Source of the DNA: an uncultured Pelagibacteraceae bacterium
GTDB taxonomy: Bacteria > Pseudomonadota > Alphaproteobacteria > Pelagibacterales > Pelagibacteraceae
DNA length: 64,000 nucleotides
Reading direction: 5' to 3'
Assembly (NCBI GenBank): GCA_902521885.1
Contig: CABYTJ010000001.1
Location: 16,951-80,950 of the forward strand
In this document: in pieces, positions 59,441 through 64,000 of the stretch
Position numbering within the stretch: position 1 is the first letter of the stretch
How the letters are laid out: every line of letters starts with the position of its first letter
The notes under the pieces: model-generated
Databases searched by the model: none
What the model saw: only the letters and a program-made list of their open reading frames with translations
Told to the model about the DNA's origin: nothing
Translations under genes and position numbers: made by a program

Positions 59441-60939
59441 GATCTCTTTTTAAAAACTGTTTTATAAATATGCCATGCAACAATTAAAATAGTTGTTGTT
59501 AATATACAAAGGGTAAGAGTTCTATCCCATAAAAACTCCCATGACCCATTACTTAATAATAACGATCTTCTTAAATTTTCTTCCATTAAACCACCTAAAA
59601 CAAAAGCTAAAATAAGTGGTGGCATAGGAAAATCGTAGAGCCTTAAGAAAGTAGCAACAACAGCTATTCCTATCATTAGATAAATGTCAAAATTGTTGAA
59701 TGACATTACATAAATTCCTGTAATTGAAAAAAATAAAATTAAAGGAATTAAATAATTTTTTGGAACAGCTAAAATTCGAGCTATGTAAGGAATTAAAGGT
59801 AGATTTAATATTAATAAAACTACCATTCCAATATACATTGACATTATAACTGACCAAAAAATTTCTGGATTAGTCATGTAAAGTCTTGGACCTGGTTGAA
59901 TACCAAAACCCAATAAAGCTCCTAACATTACTGCTGTTGTTCCACTTCCAGGTATACCTAAAGTTAACATTGGTACAAAAGATCCTGAACATGCTGCATT
60001 ATTGGCTGTCTCTGGTGCAGAAAGACCATTAACACTTCCTTTACCAAATTTTTCTTTTTCATCATCTTTAACTAAGTTTCTTTCCATCCCATAAGCTAAA
60101 AAGGAAGCAATTGTTGCTCCAGCACCGGGTAATACACCTATTAAAAATCCAATTATAGAAGATCTAGGAATTGTTTTATACATTTTGCCTCTTTCTTCTT
60201 TATCTATTTTAATTGAACCTAGTTCAGTCAGTGAAACTTGTTTAGCAGCAGCTGTTGGATCATTTCTTTTTAAAATTATTGTTAGTGCTTCACTCATTGC
60301 AAAAGTTGCCATCACCACAAGAACAAAACTTATACCATCTGTTAAATTCATATTATTAAAAGTAAATCTTGTAATATCTGATAAAGAGTCTTGCCCTACA
60401 GAAGCTAACATTAAACCTAAAACTACCATCATCATTGCTTTTAAGAATTGACCTTTTGATGAAAAAGCAGCTATAGCTGTTAATCCTAAAATCATTAATG
60501 CAAAATAATCTGGTGATCTAAAAGATAAACTTACTTTTGATAAGCTCGGTGCCATGAATAATAGATAAATTGCAGATAGTGTTCCTCCAGCAAATGAACT
60601 CCATGCTGCAATCGCTAAAGCTTTACCTGCTTTACCTTGTTGTGCCATTGGATATCCATCAAAAGAAGTTGCAACAGTTCCTGGAACTCCAGGAGCATTT
60701 AATAATATTGATGATGTCGAACCACCAAATACTGCTCCATAATATACTCCAGCCATAAGTATTAAACCTGTAGCTGGATCAAAACCATAAGTAATTGGTA
60801 TCATTAAAGCTATTGCTGTCATTGGTCCTAGACCAGGCAGCATTCCAATAATTGTTCCAAAAAAACAACCAATCATTACCATAAAAATATTTTGAAATGT
60901 AAGAGCTGTACTTAAACCAATTAAAATTCCTTCAATCAT
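59437..60939 (-). CDS. tctA: Tripartite tricarboxylate transporter permease
   Basis: G.LPGLG, GA.FGGS, PETANNA, TLGIPGS. Confidence 0.96.
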   Translation of the reverse strand: MIEGILIGLSTALTFQNIFMVMIGCFFGTIIGMLPGLGPMTAIALMIPITYGFDPATGLILMAGVYYGAVFGGSTSSILLNAPGVPGTVATSFDGYPMAQQGKAGKALAIAAWSSFAGGTLSAIYLLFMAPSLSKVSLSFRSPDYFALMILGLTAIAAFSSKGQFLKAMMMVVLGLMLASVGQDSLSDITRFTFNNMNLTDGISFVLVVMATFAMSEALTIILKRNDPTAAAKQVSLTELGSIKIDKEERGKMYKTIPRSSIIGFLIGVLPGAGATIASFLAYGMERNLVKDDEKEKFGKGSVNGLSAPETANNAACSGSFVPMLTLGIPGSGTTAVMLGALLGFGIQPGPRLYMTNPEIFWSVIMSMYIGMVVLLILNLPLIPYIARILAVPKNYLIPLILFFSITGIYVMSFNNFDIYLMIGIAVVATFLRLYDFPMPPLILAFVLGGLMEENLRRSLLLSNGSWEFLWDRTLTLCILTTTILIVAWHIYKTVFKKRS

Positions 60940-61406
60940 CCCATTACTCCAATCGATTTTAAAAAAGGGTCTCTTAAATAAATATCAAGAACACCATGAA
61001 GGAGGTACATAAAAGCAGCAACAAAAGGGAAAGATAATAGAAACATTAAAATCCATCTTCTTTCACCTAAAAAGTAATATGACGTAAATAAAAATAAGGA
61101 GGTCGTTAAAAAATAGCCAATTTTTAAAATTGTAGCTCCGTAAATAATTGCAATAATTATTAGGATGCCTGTTTTCTTGTATTCTAAATTTTTATGTTCA
61201 ACTTTTATGGTATCTGGATCTGGTAAAATTAATTTCAATCCAGAAAAAAATAACCCTGTATAACCTAGATAAATTGGAAAAGTTCTTGCATTAAAAGGTG
61301 CATTTTCATCAAATGCAAAAACTTGAATTTGATATGCAGTATATAAATAGAATGATGAGAAAATAAAAAAGAGCAGTGATATAATTTTAGTAGTATTTAT
61401 ATTCAC
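60936..61406 (-). CDS. tctB: Tripartite tricarboxylate transporter small subunit
   Basis: Four to five TM helices, FP motif, GTG start; between tctC and tctA. Confidence 0.88.
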   Translation of the reverse strand: MNINTTKIISLLFFIFSSFYLYTAYQIQVFAFDENAPFNARTFPIYLGYTGLFFSGLKLILPDPDTIKVEHKNLEYKKTGILIIIAIIYGATILKIGYFLTTSLFLFTSYYFLGERRWILMFLLSFPFVAAFMYLLHGVLDIYLRDPFLKSIGVMG

Positions 61407-61421
61407 TGCTCTTTAAATTAA

Positions 61422-61438
61422 TTAATCCTAAGGATTAA
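61422..61438 (-). other. Hairpin at the tctC stop (possible mRNA stabiliser)
   Basis: TTAATCC-TAA-GGATTAA inverted repeat overlapping the tctC stop codon. Confidence 0.4.
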
Positions 61439-62415
61439 ATAACTCCTAGTTTTTTCATAAGAGCTGTCATTTCTTTAGTTTGTGTTTTTAAAAATTTTAC
61501 AAACTTTTTGTCTGGATTATAAATATTAACCCAAGCATTTCTTGCTCTAACTGCTTCCCATTCAGGAGTTTTTTGTACATCGCCTAGCATTTTAGCAATA
61601 GCTTTTTTGTCTTTGCTACTCATTCCTGGGGGTCCAAAAAATCCTCTCCAGTTAACGAATTGTACATCGTATCCTTGTTCTTTAAGTGTAGGTGCATCAG
61701 GTGCATCTGAAACTCTATCAGGTGCAGTAATACCAATAATTCTTACTTGGTCTCTTGCGCCCATAAGTTCACCTAAACCTGTAGAAATAATTTGAGTTTC
61801 TCCAGATAAAAGTCCAGCTAATGCTTTACCACCTGCATCATAAGGAATGTAAGCTACATCATTTGGATTTGCTCCAGCAGCTTGAAAAGCTAAAGCGCCA
61901 ATTAAATGGTCCATGCTTCCTCTTACAGAACCACCAGCCATTTTAATTGAGCTAGGGTTTGCTTTGTATGCTTTCACAACATCTTCAAAGTTTTTATAAG
62001 GTGAATTTTTAGCAACTGCAATTGCTCCATAGTCACCAATTACTCCAGCAATTGGCACAACATCTTTATAAGATAAAGTTCCACTGCCACTTACGTAACC
62101 TTTGTGTCTTGTAATTGATCTTAAAACCAACGGTGTTGACTGTACTAAAACAGTATTCTCTGGCTTAGTATTGATCATGTAAGCAAGTGCTTTACCACCA
62201 CCACCGCCTGACATGTTTTCAAACGATGCGCTTTTTAAGAATCCGGCTTTTGTTAAAGCCTCTCCAGTACCTCTAGCGGTTCCATCCCAACCACCACCAG
62301 CACCACCACCAATTACAAAATGAATTTTGTCAATTGCAATTGAACTAGTTGTTGTTGCTGAAAGTAAAAGAACTGCTGAGAATAAAACTGAAAAAAAAGA
62401 TTTAATTAGTTTCAT
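61435..62415 (-). CDS. tctC: Tripartite tricarboxylate transporter substrate-binding protein
   Basis: Signal peptide; GGG.D..AR, N..GGGG, PTLKE.G, NWRG. Confidence 0.95.
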   Translation of the reverse strand: MKLIKSFFSVLFSAVLLLSATTTSSIAIDKIHFVIGGGAGGGWDGTARGTGEALTKAGFLKSASFENMSGGGGGKALAYMINTKPENTVLVQSTPLVLRSITRHKGYVSGSGTLSYKDVVPIAGVIGDYGAIAVAKNSPYKNFEDVVKAYKANPSSIKMAGGSVRGSMDHLIGALAFQAAGANPNDVAYIPYDAGGKALAGLLSGETQIISTGLGELMGARDQVRIIGITAPDRVSDAPDAPTLKEQGYDVQFVNWRGFFGPPGMSSKDKKAIAKMLGDVQKTPEWEAVRARNAWVNIYNPDKKFVKFLKTQTKEMTALMKKLGVI

Positions 62416-62494
62416 TATTTCCTCTCGTTGTTATAGTTAATGGCTAGATTAAACATATTTTTAATGAAGTAGTCAACAACCTTTAATAGAATAT

Positions 62495-63574
62495 ATGCAA
62501 CAAGCAATTCCCTTTAGCCGAGAAAATTTTAAAGATCTTTTTTCTAAAAAATTTTTGCTAGTCATCATTATATCTATTCCAAGTGCAATTATTGCTGATT
62601 TTTTAAATATTCCTCTTGCATGGATGATTGGTCCAATGATTGCTATTTCTGTAGCTGCTTTAAATGGACTTAAGATTTTTATGCCTAGACTTGCTCTAAG
62701 TTCAATTTTAATTGTGTTAGGGCTGCATATTGGAAATTACATAGATCAAAATCTTTTAAATCAAATGGTAAATTGGATTTGGACAACTATTATAATGTTT
62801 GGTTATATTATTGTTAGCATATTGATTGTTTCAAAATACTTACAAAAATTTTCTGGTTACAAACAAAAAACTTCAATTTTTTCAGCAGCACCTGGGGCTT
62901 TAGGTCCTTTATTGATATTGGCTGAATATGAAAAATCTGATTTATCTCAAGTTGCAACTGCTCACCTTATTAGATTAATTATTATAATAACTCTTTTCCC
63001 TTTTATTATTGTCAGTCTTTCAGACTCAGACATCCTAGAAATTCAGAAATTTGATTACATGGCTCAAAATCACTGGGATCTTGTTATTTTGATCATAGCC
63101 TCAATAATTTTTATTTTCTTTTTTGATAAAGCAAAAGTTCCAGCTGCATTACTTTCTGGAACTCTTGTAGCAAGTGGTATTTTACAAATTTTTGATATTG
63201 CATCCTATAAATTGCCTGATGCATCAATTAATTTTTGTTTGCTAATATTAGGAGCCTCTGTTGGATGTAGATTTGCTAACAAAACGGTAAAGGAAGTGGC
63301 AAACAATTCATTCCACGGTTTAGTAGCTACAATATTATTAGTTCTATTGGGTTTAGTTGCTGCTTTTATTGCAACTTTTTTTGTAGATAATAATTTTTTA
63401 ACTTTAGTTCTATCTTTTTGTCCTGGTGGAATTTATGAAGTAGCTGTAATTGCTATTGCTTTTGATTTAGAGCCAGACTTTGTAGCTTTTCATCATATAA
63501 TAAGATTATTGTTTATACTTTTCATTGTTCCAGTAGCTATACGATTGATTGAAAAAACTAAGTTAAAGAATTAA
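62495..63574 (+). CDS. AbrB-family membrane protein (duplicated domain)
   Basis: P.AW..GPM, APGA / CPGG repeats, H..RL motif twice; commonly found beside tct genes. Confidence 0.88.
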   Translation: MQQAIPFSRENFKDLFSKKFLLVIIISIPSAIIADFLNIPLAWMIGPMIAISVAALNGLKIFMPRLALSSILIVLGLHIGNYIDQNLLNQMVNWIWTTIIMFGYIIVSILIVSKYLQKFSGYKQKTSIFSAAPGALGPLLILAEYEKSDLSQVATAHLIRLIIIITLFPFIIVSLSDSDILEIQKFDYMAQNHWDLVILIIASIIFIFFFDKAKVPAALLSGTLVASGILQIFDIASYKLPDASINFCLLILGASVGCRFANKTVKEVANNSFHGLVATILLVLLGLVAAFIATFFVDNNFLTLVLSFCPGGIYEVAVIAIAFDLEPDFVAFHHIIRLLFILFIVPVAIRLIEKTKLKN

Positions 63575-64000
63575 TTAATCTTTCTAAAACTTTTTCAGCA
63601 CTTAAATTATTTAAATCTCCTACCTCGATTGCTTTAAAATTTTCTCTTTCAATACTAACTTTATATGCTGTTGTATGTTTTCCAAATAAAGTTAAACCTT
63701 TAGCTCCTACGTGAGCTGCAATGTGGGCAGGCCCTGTATCATTTGCTATAACAAAAGAGCTAGCTTTAATTATTGAAGTTAATTGAGAAATATCAAGAGC
63801 TCTACCATTATCTAATAAAGTTTGTGCATTAATTTCTTTAGCATCATTTATTTCCAAAGAACCTGGGGCAGTAACGATTTTATACTCATCACCAAATTTA
63901 TCTAAAATAAGTTTTATAAGATCATTATAATAAGGCCACTTTTTAATATTTAGATGAGGTGAGCAAAAAGGAAATAACAAAATAAATTTATTTAACCTGA
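63558..64000 (-). CDS. GT9 LPS heptosyltransferase-like glycosyltransferase (C-terminal part; runs off the window end)
   Basis: KKWP, ANDTGPAHIAA, LFG; frame stays open to 64000. Confidence 0.88.
   Translation of the reverse strand, partial: RLNKFILLFPFCSPHLNIKKWPYYNDLIKLILDKFGDEYKIVTAPGSLEINDAKEINAQTLLDNGRALDISQLTSIIKASSFVIANDTGPAHIAAHVGAKGLTLFGKHTTAYKVSIERENFKAIEVGDLNNLSAEKVLERLINSLT

Noticed and set aside
1-64000. CRISPR arrays, IS elements, prophage or defence genes
   Set aside because: No spaced direct repeats, transposase, integrase or recognisable defence domains were seen by eye; SfsA is a common housekeeping-context nuclease

Overview
Very AT-rich, tightly packed alphaproteobacterial chromosome segment. 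The gene content, tiny intergenic gaps and TRAP/TTT transporters point to SAR11 (Candidatus Pelagibacter); this is an inference, not a database result. The window opens with the tRNA-Tyr/tRNA-Gly/tuf/tRNA-Trp/secE/nusG/rplK/rplA cluster. An accessory-looking stretch follows (about 4.0-17.6 kb) next to tRNA-Thr and tRNA-Leu. It holds a formyltransferase/beta-propeller fusion, NAD kinase, a sugar O-methyltransferase, a complete glucosylglycerate cluster (gpgP-gpgS-phosphorylase), a small GDP-deoxysugar glycosylation cassette and an outer-membrane beta-barrel. The rest is mostly core metabolism: purB/C/S/Q/L, bolA-grxD, rpsD, cimA, cysS, nadE, class II DAHP synthase, glmS with a half-length glmU, an actinobacterial-type prpDBC, nrdAB, PMM/PGM, malonyl-CoA decarboxylase, a TRAP system, rpoZ and tctCBA. 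I saw no integrase, transposase, CRISPR array or rRNA. Strongest leads: a GDP-fucose-synthase homologue lacking its epimerase Cys beside a STELLO/GT75-like gene; an acetyltransferase-only GlmU; the glucosylglycerate synthesis/phosphorolysis trio; a GC-rich GGGAGA-loop hairpin ahead of a DUF2061 gene; a long E/K/R helical protein; a possible TRAP/CoA-transferase/MCD malonate route; and NrdR plus LexA-like boxes upstream of nrdA.
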